Of a stretch of DNA of 64,000 nucleotides, positions 38,204-50,400 are shown piece after piece. Under the pieces are notes generated by a model. It worked only from the letters and a program-made list of their open reading frames with translations. It was not told where the DNA came from and made no database searches. This DNA is from Tubiluchus corallicola. Taxonomy: Eukaryota > Animalia > Priapulida. The DNA is taken from assembly GCA_030141605.1 (NCBI GenBank), contig JAQGDQ010000027.1, positions 372,001 through 436,000 of the forward strand, written 5' to 3'. Position 1 is the stretch's first letter. Each line of letters opens with the position of its first letter. A program made the position numbers and the translations under genes.

Positions 38204-39221
38204 GTGAAAAAGATCTTACCCATTTAGCAGCTAATCATGGTGATGAAGATACCAATACTTGATGTGGTAAGTACACTGCAATATTCGTTTAAAGCAGAAG
38301 ACAGCGGAAAAGAAGTTTCTTGCGAAATGTTTCTCCACGAACAAGAAACGCCATACGTCAAAAGGAAGTTAGATATTCTGTGTAAGTTTTTTTTACTAAA
38401 AACTAAAGCAGAAAGGTGTTTTGTTTTTCGTTTGTAATCCCAATTAGGTAGTGAAAGTACATGAAACAAACTACCAGTGTTAAGATATAAAATATAAGAA
38501 TAATTTATTTCCCACATATTTATCAAAAAAGTATAATGTACAATGCTTGCTGATAACAATAGTTCCGTGTATGTGAGGGTACTTTAATGATTACAAACAG
38601 GTTCGATGAAGCCACCCTTCTCCATAGTTCATGGAGTATAATAGTTGTGCATGGTGTCGTACAAAATTAGAGTTATTCTCAATAGATTACTTTATTTTTT
38701 GTAAGGAACTTTGCAAATAAAATAATTGAATATCAAAAGTATGCCAGTATGACATGGAAACGTAGTAGATGAACGTAAGTAAGTAAAAGGGATCGTTAGT
38801 GATAATAATAATGGTAGGTCTGGTGGATGATAAAATAGGTTGTGCCGCCAACACTTGTAATGATAGCAATAGAAATCATGATTGTTATAAGCATAGACAC
38901 ACTAACGCAAAAAGATAAGTGTAATATCTGGGAATAGTAGTATTCCTCTCTCTGTTTACAGATGTGAATGAGAGAATTCGATGCAAATAGTCACTGTGGA
39001 TGGAACATTTGACAATTAAGCTGACAGAAACCATTTTGAGTTGGAATGCCAAATGGATGCAAAACCCGGGCCTACATTCTTGTGGACGCTTCCCAATCTT
39101 ACTGAAATCATTGGCAAACGTCTTAAAATTGAAAAAGCCAGTCACGAAAGGATGTACTTCTGCACAGCCAGAAGCTGAATTGTATGGAGAAAGGGTGGCG
39201 AAAGACCATACGGTCAACTAA
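38204..39221 (+). pseudogene. Immunoglobulin-superfamily pseudogene fragment, two exons (38204-38381, 38962-39221)
   Basis: Exon A, after one frameshift: GEKDLTHLAANHGDEDTNT/DVVSTLQYSFKAEDSGKEVSCEMFLHEQETPYVKRKLDIL(Y), like the C-terminal half of a C2-set Ig domain. Exon B, in a frame not in the ORF track: FELECQMDAKPGPTFLWTLPNLTEIIGKRLKIEKASHERMYFCTARS (C..W..YxC), with stops and frameshifts. Phase-1 AG/GT boundaries. Confidence 0.72.
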
Positions 39222-40784
39222 GTGAGCCGCCCCTATTTACACATTTAATATCTTTTGTACACGGCTGGACTAGTTCTTTTATAACACTATTAATTTTAGA
39301 GATTCCTTTATTAATTACAGAGAAGTTCATTTTAGTGCAATAAACAAAAATAATGCAAAAGTTATCCATATTATAAGGAACAATTAATTAAAGTAAAAAC
39401 AAAATTAGCAAAACACACAATATAACATAATGATAATAATATAACATAACATTTTAGAAGCAGCGTGCTGTATATGAGAATGGTAATTGAGAAAATGAAT
39501 ACTTGTATAAAACCCAAATTTGTGCAACATGTGCAATGACAAAGGAAAAACAAATGAAAATCAAAAAGCATATCTATGAGATAACTCAAAAAATAAAGAC
39601 TAAATTAAAAAAATTCTGGGTATTTGACAATGATAAATGATGATTCCACTGAATGTATGTGTAGTATTTTCAGTTTGGGCAGTAAACAAATAATCTTGGA
39701 AACAAAATTAAAATCTGTCAACTGAAGAAATTCAAAACAACTCAATGTAACTCAAGAGTCAAGACTATATTAAAAATGAAGGACATTAGACATGCATAGA
39801 ATGACAAACCTGCCAACAAATTTACAAAACGAAATGATACAGATCAAAATAAAACTGATTTGATTAATATTTAATCAATGGCATAATTCTCTCTTATATC
39901 TTTTGGCTAATATACTGAAGTTACCAGAGTTTGTGATATCAGACGGTAATGAGTTCCACTGTTTTACACTGCGGTATTTTAGTGTTTTTTGACCCAGTGA
40001 AGTGTTAAAATATTTGACATAGTAAAAATTACTTGCAACTGACCAAGTATAATGTGTGTATTATTCGGCAATGCGTTTCTAATAAAAATGTTTTGCATTT
40101 GATGGTAATATACTTGTTTTTTAATACTATGTTTAAATGGTAGCACACACAAGTTTTCAAATTCCTGTAGACTCGGTAACGGACATATAATAAAAATATT
40201 TTGTATGCACAAGTGACCGTACAAAAAGTAAAAAAAAACTTGACTAAGCTCCAGCAATATAATGAACTGTTTCTGCTTTATTTTCGTTAACAAAATGGTC
40301 ATCAACAACACCATTGCATGTAAGCTTACAAACATTCATAATCTACTAAAGTACACATTATACCTACTGCCATCTACCTTTAACGGTAGTATAAACATTG
40401 CTATCTCTCACTTAGTTAAAATAACCAAACAAAGTTTATTTGTTTACTGTCAAAACTGCACACACATCAGAAATGCTTGCAATGCATCAGATAATAATGT
40501 TTTTTCAAGATTAAATTATGGTTACACAAAATTAAAACTAGTCGGTGGTTTATTTTACAATAACGTTACAATAATTGTCTTAATTCACTGTGAACTCACA
40601 GTGCAGTTGCTTATGTAATAATTGAATTCATTATTACACTAAGATAATAGGTATTAGCATTTAACTGAGTATCAAAGATGCAAGTGAGTGAAAGGCATTA
40701 GATTTTTTTTGCAATTCAGTGAAAATGCCTAGTATACTATGTAATAACTGAGGCAACAAACAATTCTGGAGATTATACTATTAA

Positions 40785-40799
40785 ACACACACGCACACG

Positions 40800-40831
<32 letters not shown>

Positions 40832-40845
40832 CACACACAACACAC
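40785..40845. repeat. (CA)n microsatellite
   Basis: Directly visible. Confidence 0.92.
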
Positions 40846-41858
40846 ATATATAGTCCACTACTCTGTAACCTCAGTGGCTAAAAGCCTACAACAATATAAG
40901 AAAGTTCAAAAGGTTTAGATTAGAAGAATGCTTTGAAGTCAAGATAGTGAGTACAAAATATACTAAGTTAAAAAAATGTCAGCAATATATTGATTTTTAC
41001 TAACTAGCTAATCACCTCAACAGTTTAGTTCCAGCTAAAAATAATTATCTATATAAATAAACATTAAATAAACAATTATTATACTACATAATATTTAGCA
41101 TCATGAAGCAGCAGCAATTCAAAACTTGGTAGCTAAAAATGAAAGCAATATCAACTAAACGAATCGTTGAGCAATGGGAAATGTCATGTACTACCTATAT
41201 ATAGGTATATGACTCCTACTATGGCATTGCAAAAAAATTGGCGTTAAGCAAGTTTGGTATTATAAAGGGAGCGGGGCGTAATAACAAGGTTTGACTGTAT
41301 TCGGTTAATATTGTTAATTTGACACTGTTATTCCATTTATTTTCTTTGTTAACTGCATTGGACCATTTATTTTACATTAGTCATTAGTATAATTATTCAA
41401 CTGAAATTGATTAACAAAAATGTAAAAAGTTACTTAATATGATATCAAGATTCAATGCCCTGAAAATGTCACCAACTGACAAATCTAATGGAATTCAAGA
41501 AGTTCATAGTTAGCTCTTTGGCATTATTTATATTTTGAGTACTTCCTCAAGAGATTCTACAGCTAGACCTTTAAAATTCAATCTAATTTTTATTATAATC
41601 TTAAAATTACAAATTAAATTTACTATAGAGAATAACTTGTTATTTTTCACAAAATGTTAATTGCTCTTAGACATACTGTAGCTGAGATAATTACAAAACT
41701 AGTTGTGTTCGAAGTGAATAACACAATGTTCAACCTGTGTAAACTAGACAAAGCCATTCTTATATTATGCTAGTTGTTATACTTGCCAGATGTCGCTCTA
41801 AAGATAAACAAAACTTGCAAAACCATAAACATAGTGCTTTCTATTAAGCCACGGTACT

Positions 41859-43181
41859 TTAATAAACAAATGGGAGTATCCTCCAACGAGAAACGTTGAC
41901 ATATTCATTCCAATAATGACCATATTTCTTTTGGCATTTAATCTCATCACGATGACTTCTATGAAGTAACAACACTGATAAAAAAATAACATACATGTAT
42001 GGAATTATGCTATAAAACAGGCTCGGAAGTTCCCAAGAAAATGCAGCTAGTATTTCAAAGAGATAATTCGCGTGCCTGCTTATGCCCCAAAATCCGGAAG
42101 CAAGAAGGATACTCTTCTTCTGTTCACCCTTCTCGTCTGTGTATTCAGCTAACACCAAGTCAGGAGCTTTACCCCAAATAGTACATTTACCACGTGTTTC
42201 ACGAACCAATTGGCGTTGGTAATCAGTCCAGTAATTTAGAACTATCAATGTAATACCAAAAATCAAGATGATTACAGCGCCCCACCAAGGCAACTGTGGA
42301 CTGTGTTCAGTCAGATATATGCTAGTACTAGTATAGAATATTGGCACAAAGACAATGCAACCCCAACATATATAGTAACCTGCCCTGTCGACCATGATGT
42401 CGATAGTCCTCATATAGCCATCCTCCCACCAAAAGAACTTGGCCACGTAAATTGTCTGAAGTATAGCAGAAGTGGCCATTGCCCAGTTCCATCCACTGTG
42501 CTCAATTTGGGCTTTCCAGCAGATCCAGACAACCAATGGCCACATCATCATACCAAATCTGCAATTAGTGGCTACTTTTATGTCAATTTTGTCCCTTACA
42601 ACACGTGGGTACAATTCAATGCCCCAATAGAAATCAAATATGAAGTTACCTACACCACCATATTCTCCTGGTGATGGATGACGTCTACCTTTTACATAAA
42701 GACACAGGCATACACACAACCCATATAAATTCAATGCTCCAGCTAAAGCTGGTATTTCCTCATACCACGAGTATGCCTTGAAGGTGCTGAACTGCACAGT
42801 AAAAATGATCATGGCAGTACTACAGAGGAAATAGCGGAATCCAGAGTTTCGGTAATGGGGCACGTGTCCTGTTCTGGTAACTGGCCCAGTGTACTCACGT
42901 CCTCCCAGAACAATTTGAGATAAAAGTCCCCAAATAGAAAATATGGCAATGAAACACCATACTCTCCAGTTCCCTACACCTGCCGCTGCCCAGGACTTTA
43001 AGAAGAATTTTGCCATACCGTCCTTCTGAAAAAGGTCAAAGTTACCATGATAGACCACTAGATATCCAGCTAGGAGAACAGAAAAGTTAGGTGTAGAGAG
43101 CATAAGCAAAAGTGGCACTATTGTAAAATGGAGCTGCTGGCGGAAATAATCCAACTTCTTGCTGTCAGATGAAACCTTCAT
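41859..43181 (-). CDS. DHCR7: 7-dehydrocholesterol (sterol delta-7) reductase, ERG4/ERG24 family, DWF5-like, intronless CDS, 440 aa
   Basis: Multi-pass hydrophobic ORF with FDFYWGIELYPR, DIKVATNCRFGMM, KFFWWEDGY..TIDI..DRAGYYICWGC, LLASGFWGISRHANY, LLHRSHRDEIKCQKKYG..W..Y, ILPFVY. Probable 5'UTR intron acceptor just upstream of 43220. Confidence 0.92.
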   Translation of the reverse strand: MKVSSDSKKLDYFRQQLHFTIVPLLLMLSTPNFSVLLAGYLVVYHGNFDLFQKDGMAKFFLKSWAAAGVGNWRVWCFIAIFSIWGLLSQIVLGGREYTGPVTRTGHVPHYRNSGFRYFLCSTAMIIFTVQFSTFKAYSWYEEIPALAGALNLYGLCVCLCLYVKGRRHPSPGEYGGVGNFIFDFYWGIELYPRVVRDKIDIKVATNCRFGMMMWPLVVWICWKAQIEHSGWNWAMATSAILQTIYVAKFFWWEDGYMRTIDIMVDRAGYYICWGCIVFVPIFYTSTSIYLTEHSPQLPWWGAVIILIFGITLIVLNYWTDYQRQLVRETRGKCTIWGKAPDLVLAEYTDEKGEQKKSILLASGFWGISRHANYLFEILAAFSWELPSLFYSIIPYMYVIFLSVLLLHRSHRDEIKCQKKYGHYWNEYVNVSRWRILPFVY

Positions 43182-44422
43182 GTTTACTGCTGCTTCTCCG
43201 ATACCTTACAGCTAAGTCACCTAGCAAAATGATGGTATGTCAACATCTGAAAAGTAATTTAATATGAATAAATAGGTCATCTTAATCAATTTGACATTAT
43301 GTGATACACAGCAATGAAATGAAAAAATCAAACTGGTGTAAATTAATAGTTTCGAAAACATAAACGGGATTGGGTTCAGTCCAATTTGTTGACAATTTCT
43401 TAGCGGTTAACATGTCACAACAACTTTCCATATATAAAAGCATTTAACAGGTAATTACTATAGTTCCACATTTCATTTTGCCACAGAATGGATCGCACAT
43501 AATTATAAAATGCAACCGACGTGACATTTTCATATCTTTCAAAATTAGTAATCCGTTTTATTCAACATCACAACAAAGAATTGTTGTGTCACAGTAATGC
43601 GTACTACACATATAGAAAGTCGACCCAAGCCGATAGTTTTGTATAGAGTTATACAATAAGCAACGTATTAGTTGCGTTGATATTAAATCCCAAAGCATTG
43701 TACGGACTAGCATAAGTAGTATGTCCTTATGGCTTCATTTTGCCACAAGCTGTGAAGGAGCTTCCATGCCCAATCTAGCGATCTTCCTCTTTCATAAAAA
43801 GTTTTGTACAATCCAATCTGCCTGAGTGACATCTCAAATAAAACGACCAATTGATAAAGCATGGATCCAGAATTACACGCAATATAAACTCCACCGCTCA
43901 AGGGCAGTCCGGCAAGGGAATTAGCTTTGCTGCAGGGAGCCTCATGGTCAATCCATCTCCACATGAATCCATTGTTGGTGAGCTAGCCATCATCACAGCT
44001 CACAAGAGAAAAAAATTAACACTGAACAGATATAATTGCGTCAATAAAGGTTTTCGCTCAATAATATTGTAACGAGTTCCAATGAATTATGTCGTTACAT
44101 ACAAAAAATTGCGTCGTTACAACAACCAGTCAATTACTAATCAATACGGTGCATTCTCCCTAATTATTAACGCCCTATAACCAAAGCTTATGAATTACTA
44201 TTACTAGTACCCTGGACCCAGGCACTCGAAACCGCTTGTGGTTGAAATTTTGATTTTGCCGTCTGCCGCCACTAATCTGCGCTTCAGCAGAGTTGGCATG
44301 TATTTTCAAGGCGATTTCACCATTCGATCTAATAATAGGTGGCGTACTCATGAACTCAGCATATCCGGTTCCGTTTTCTTTTTCGTAAAAGTGATTACTC
44401 AATATAATAATTATGTGTGATT

Positions 44423-47400
44423 ATGTCTATATCAAAGGAAGAAGAATTTTTTGAGAATTTGCGTTTACAGCAAGAAATACAAGCTCTGTCTGGTATTTGA
44501 TTTTAACATAGATTACTAAGTGTCTTTATAAAGTAAAGAATAAAAGGCCTGTTGAAGGCACCATCAGAAGCTAAACCTAATTACGTTAGTTTGGAAACAC
44601 AACTTATTGTCAGGGCTTGTTATCAGCGTTATCTCTTCACTGGTTGATGCACATAACGGACGCGATTTTTACATGAATACAAGACTGATTCATTTGCTTT
44701 TCAAAAAGCCAATTGTTTTTTGAGTATTTGTAGAAAAGGAGAAAATGGCGGGCCAACTGTATGAGTATATTATTTACCAGCACACATAAAGTACAAAAAG
44801 AATGTTTCGTTCATTCTACTAAACTTGTAAACGCAAACGCTTATAAATTAGCACGAGCATCTGCTGTGTGCTGTTGTACATATGGCCTTGGAACTTTTTT
44901 GCTCATGCCTTTGCTCACACCTATCAATGCTGGTAGTATAAGTGCCGAAAACCAGCATTTGTTACATCTACACCCTTTGACTAAACGAATAACTCCGTGT
45001 CCTAGCTGCCAACATGTCGTTGAAACAAAACACCACCAAAAAAACAAACACCAACAACCCATAAGGTCACACTAATATGCCAAAATGACTGCAATAAATT
45101 CCTAAATTTATTTCAAAATTGCTTTATAACATTAATAATATAAAGTAGTGACATTACACAAATTTGAATATTTCAAATTTCAAAAACACACCACAAACTT
45201 TTATTGAATCTACTTGAATGTCAATATGCTGTCATTCAATGTATCACTAAAAATGAAAGCAGTAACAATTATAGGTCTGGAAACTGTTGCACATTGTAGT
45301 ATAAAAGCATTTTAACTGTTGAATATTACTGAGTTTTATGTATAGACAAACTTTCCTTTTTTAGATCTCATTTCTAACCACAGAGGACAAGATGTCAAAC
45401 ACTTGCAGCCATCATGGACAGGGAATCGAAAGAACATGCAGGGGTCCACTGTTTCCAAATCATTGTCGTATAACAAGCAAGCTTCTACTGCTACCAGCAA
45501 ATCAGCACAAGTGAAATCTCCATTGCTGTCATCTACTAAAAGCGTACCATTGGTGCCACACCCTCCAGTTATTATTTCTCTTGGAACTAAACAAAAGTCA
45601 AAGAATGTTGCTCCAGGCCAGGTGAAGAAGCAGTCAACTCTGACTGGAGGAAGTGAAAATGGTGGCGCTGCACAACGTGAAGTGGGAACGCAGGATCTGT
45701 CTTCAAAATGTGGCGTTGGAATTGGTCCACCTTCAAAAGTGTTTAAGGGAAAATGGGCTTCGTCAGCTAGTTTTGGACAAAGTAGGCTGGTTGGTGCAAA
45801 GAAAATTGGGCTTTTCTATCCACAGGTATCAACTGCGGAAGATACAATTCTGCTCACCAAAACTGGAATGTCTAGTTCTGGCAGAGTTATTAACTCATCT
45901 CGAAAAAATGTATCTATGTCTGTCACAAAATCTATAAACTCTCGCCCAGTTGTCACGTTTACCAACTCGCTTCCACTGAATATGACTCCGTCGTCTTCTT
46001 CAAACAATACTCATGCTACTTCCAGAACCACCAATAGTGACAATCAAGAGGCAAATACTAGCAGACAGGTTGAATTTGTTGGAGAAACCGATCAGCAGTC
46101 GCGTACTCTGCGGATTCAACTGGAGAAGTCTAACAACAAAAAGAAGGCTGTTAATACCAGCAAATCCACATCACTTACTTTAGCAAAAAATGTATCAATT
46201 AGAAAAGATCATGCTATTAGTGCACAATGCCAGCACAAACAAACAAACAAAGGTGTAGTGAAACGTGCTAGTCACATGGCTGGTACGTTTTCTAACAAGA
46301 CAGAATCTGCAAATCGGGCTTCAGTTAAATCTTTCACTGCTACGTCTGCCGAATTAATCACACAGATGACTAAAAGGAATCTTTCGACTAAGATTGCAAC
46401 CTATGCACCTAAACTCTCAACATATGTAAAAAATTTACTGCCTGACTCTAAGATGTCTTTAAAAGTTAGTGGAAAAACAAAATCACTGGGTCATAGTACT
46501 TCGCATTCTCACATGAAGATGCAAAATAAAACCAAAATTACAAAAGCTGTCACCAATCCATCTAACATAAACATTGGTGGTATTTCAGACATGTTGAAAG
46601 CCGTAAGGGATTCGGTGAATAGGCATTCTTCCTCATTCGTTGTCCAAGATGATCATGTGGAACAATCAATTGAGAAATCTTTCGTATCTAATTTTGAGAA
46701 TCGATCACTCTCCAATGTTTCTTCCAGGTCTTTCGCTCAGGATACAAAGAAGTTGCTTCATCCACCACCTTGTGTACCCCGGGTGCCACACATACCAGTG
46801 CCAGCTAGGCAATTAAAAGTGAAAACAAAAACTAAACTTCAGTACAAGGCTTCTGCAAGGGTTAAGCCACAAAAACCTCCAAACAAAGTGGCTGAAGTCA
46901 GATCCGCCGTTGCCAAGTCATCTCATCATTCATTGCAAACCATTCGCCCTAGCAGGTACAAGCTAATTAAAATCCGTTCGTCTCCCAAGAAACCAGCCGA
47001 CAAGATAAAATGGTGTGTTAGGACCCCGCAGAGTGTATACCGGCTTCGAAGACGAAGTTCTGGTAGTAATAAATCTGACATACTACCTGTCAGCTTTCTA
47101 AAGAAACTCGAAAGGTTCAAAGAGGTTTCAAAGACAAGTAGTTTGCCAAATAGGTAAGAAATTACATGTTGTTTATTCTTAGTTTGTTAAGTTTAGATTT
47201 AAAACGACTGTCTAAAATCACTGTATTTGTCTTAACTTTTACAATTGCCTGATTTGCCTAGTTAGGATTTGATCATAAAAAACTTTGCATCTTATGTTGA
47301 TAAAAGCATAATTTAATAAATGAACAGCTTAGTTCTTTTTGTTTCTATCTATTACTTCTTTAGTGGACGCGAGACGGTGCAAATTTCGCCAATGTGTAGC

Positions 47401-50400
47401 AATCCGTTTTAGCTAAAGTTTGCAGTTCCCCACACAAGAAATTAGTTTGTGAAAGAGATAGATTAGGATTAGGATTAGGATTAAGGTTGGGGTTAAGGTT
47501 ATGGTAAGTGTTGGGTTAGGGTATTTAAATTGTAAACTTTTTCTCTGTTTCTTATGTAGTTACAATCTTTTGTGTCCCATTAATAACTAGTGCTAATACT
47601 TAATTTGTTTTCAGACAAGTTATTCAAAAACCATTGACACCAAGCAGGAAACTAGTGATGATAGGCAACATGCTGTACAAGTCTACTCCTAACAAATTGA
47701 AAAAACATCATACACCTCATAACGCAGGAACGCGTAGATCCAGGAAGCGACATAATTCTGTGGTCATCAAAAGTAATTTTCTTCTAAACATTTGTATTTG
47801 CTGCTTAATAAAGAGGCAGAGTATTTCAAGTAATTCAGGATTAATTTTGAACGGATCTTCGACGATACCGGATACACAATTGAAATCTCTCCTGTTTCAG
47901 GTCTCATATGTTACTGAAGTTGGATTGCTTAACTTACACACTCCTTCACCCACATGACTGTCGACAAGTCTGGGTTAAGGCTGAGATGCTTTTCAGGCAC
48001 ATGTTCATTCCTTTCAAAAGTTGTTTTAAATTGTTTTGCTGATGACTATTTGTCTCATATCTGTTTTATACTTTGCTATGATCATGTTGTATTTTGCCGT
48101 GACCTTGTTATGTCATATTTGTTTTGTACTTTGCTGTGACCTTGTTTTGCTTTGTTATGAACGTATTATGTAATATATATGTGTTAATTTGCTATGACAG
48201 TGCTATCTTATTCATATTTTTGTTGTGCTTCGCTATGAACATATTACTTTGTGTCTATGTTGTACTTTGCTGTGACTAGTTGACTACATTTCCTCACACT
48301 TGTGTTGCATTTTGCTGTAATGTATCTTTCCAGAAATAAGTAATTCTAAAAAACTCAAATCGATTATTGTGCGGGGTGAAAGGTACACAATGGATCCTAG
48401 TGGAAAAACACTGAAGCGTCAGGCGATTGCAAAGCCAGCTGTTTCAAATGCAGGGCCAACCAAATCATTATCAAGAATTGATCTAGGTGGCAGCACATAT
48501 GTAGAAGCTAAACCAGGAATGCTAGTCAAGAAAACTACTGGCGCCACTGTTAATTTAGCCAAGTATGTAATCATGATTGAATCCACGTGTTTGGATCTGC
48601 CCTATTCATCATTACATTGTTTTAAGGGTCTTTCATTGTCATGTTCATTTGAATGGCTCTGCCCTGACAATGTGTATTCTAAATTTTCATGAAAAAATTG
48701 AGTTTTATGACAAATGCTAAATGCTTCCCATGATTTTCTTTTGAAAACTGTTAACTTTAAAGAAATGTGCAAGTATGACATGTCGGATCCAAGCACATTA
48801 GTACTTCTGTTCGAGTTATTTATTAATTTTAACAGTTCGCCTAGTTAACACTGACATGAATTAGCATAGGTATCTTGAAATCTTTCAACATTATTCAGCC
48901 ATTAAATTAACTCATTTGCACGTGTTGAAATGCCATAAGGTTGTCTGCTAAAATTTGTTGCTTCTTTTCAGCCGCGCTTTACAACGCAGTGTGTTCACTG
49001 CTCACAGAGCACGATTCAAGAAGGTGAATCCCAAGAAAAGTAAGAGGTTCTGCTTGTTCTACCTCCGTTATGGAAAATGTAACAATGGTGACAAGTGCCG
49101 TTACGTTCATGATCCATCAAGAGTCACAATATGTACAAGGTAAATTGTTTTTAACTCATTTTGAAGTTCTTCGGGATGGATTTAGTAATTTAACTTATAA
49201 TTTGACATCGTGTTGTGTCAGTGATGTGATAGCAATCGCCTACGATTAGCACATTATTGCTATTTACTTTTTGTAATGACTAATATAATGGATTACTTTT
49301 GAAAATCCATTAGTGATAACATAAATGAAACGTTGCTTTCTCGCTAAATGATTAAATTGTCACTGCTCTTACCTTATGATAGCCAGCCAGCTGCAGGGCA
49401 TGAGTGATATCTATGGTGGCTTTTACCCATGTAAGAAGTTGACTGTTAGTCCACAGGTTTAGTTAATGGTGGAAAATTAAAAAAATTTCTCTTCAGTCTA
49501 ATTGCTTGCTCGGCACTGTTAATTTGGAGGACAAATTATTGCCCATCGTGTTAAATTATGATTATTTTTGGGGCTTTGCATGGTGAAAATTGATGTAATT
49601 TTTGAACTAATTTGCATTATGCAAAAGACTCAGATCACTGTTGAGCTCAGAGGTCCAAAATAAAATATGTAACGGATGGAAAGGTTGTTGTTCAGCGTGA
49701 TTATCATTGATAATTAATGGGCAATTTCTGTTTCATTAGTCGTGTGACAGGAAGTAAATAGCTACAAAATATCACAAGTTATCTGCATAATGTACAAAAC
49801 TTCAAACCTTTTCGTTTTTATTGCCTTAAGTGAACCCATTTATAGATAACTGGTTGGATTTGCACTTATATTCTGGTTTTCTACAGTGACTAGTGATGAT
49901 GCATGTAAAATAAATTTTCGAGTGTGTTTGGAATCACTGCCAAATGAGTATTGTAATGATTTTGTAATGTTGCGTGCCTTGTTTGTTTTCAGGTTTTTAC
50001 GTGGATCTTGTAAAGGTGAAAATTGCTATTTTTCACACAGCATTTCCAAGGAAAAAATGCCAACTTGTTTGTTTTTCTTACGCGGTCTCTGCTTTTATGA
50101 TGACTGCCCCTACCTCCATGTAAATGTAGGATCCAATGCACCTGTTTGTCGGAATTTCTTGAAAGGACATTGTAGTTCGGGTGAAAATGTAAACATCATT
50201 TGGTATTTCTATTTTATATGAAAATTTATGTCTTTTATAGTAATTGTATTTATGGTATTTATGCATATTTTTACTGAGTATTCTGTAACCAATATTTTTA
50301 TAGATAGTTTGTAGACCAGCTGCATACAGCTCATATGCTGACCTTGCTTCTATTGATGTAGCTTATGTACTACAATGCTCTCTAGTATGATGAAAATGTA

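Noticed and set aside
38962-39221. Stop-codon readthrough joining YVNERIRCK* to ORF 39000-39221
   Set aside because: The Ig-like signal lies in a different frame, so frameshift decay explains the pattern better.
47462-47522. Telomere or interstitial telomeric array
   Set aside because: Short, degenerate and intronic, with mostly non-TTAGGG hexamers.
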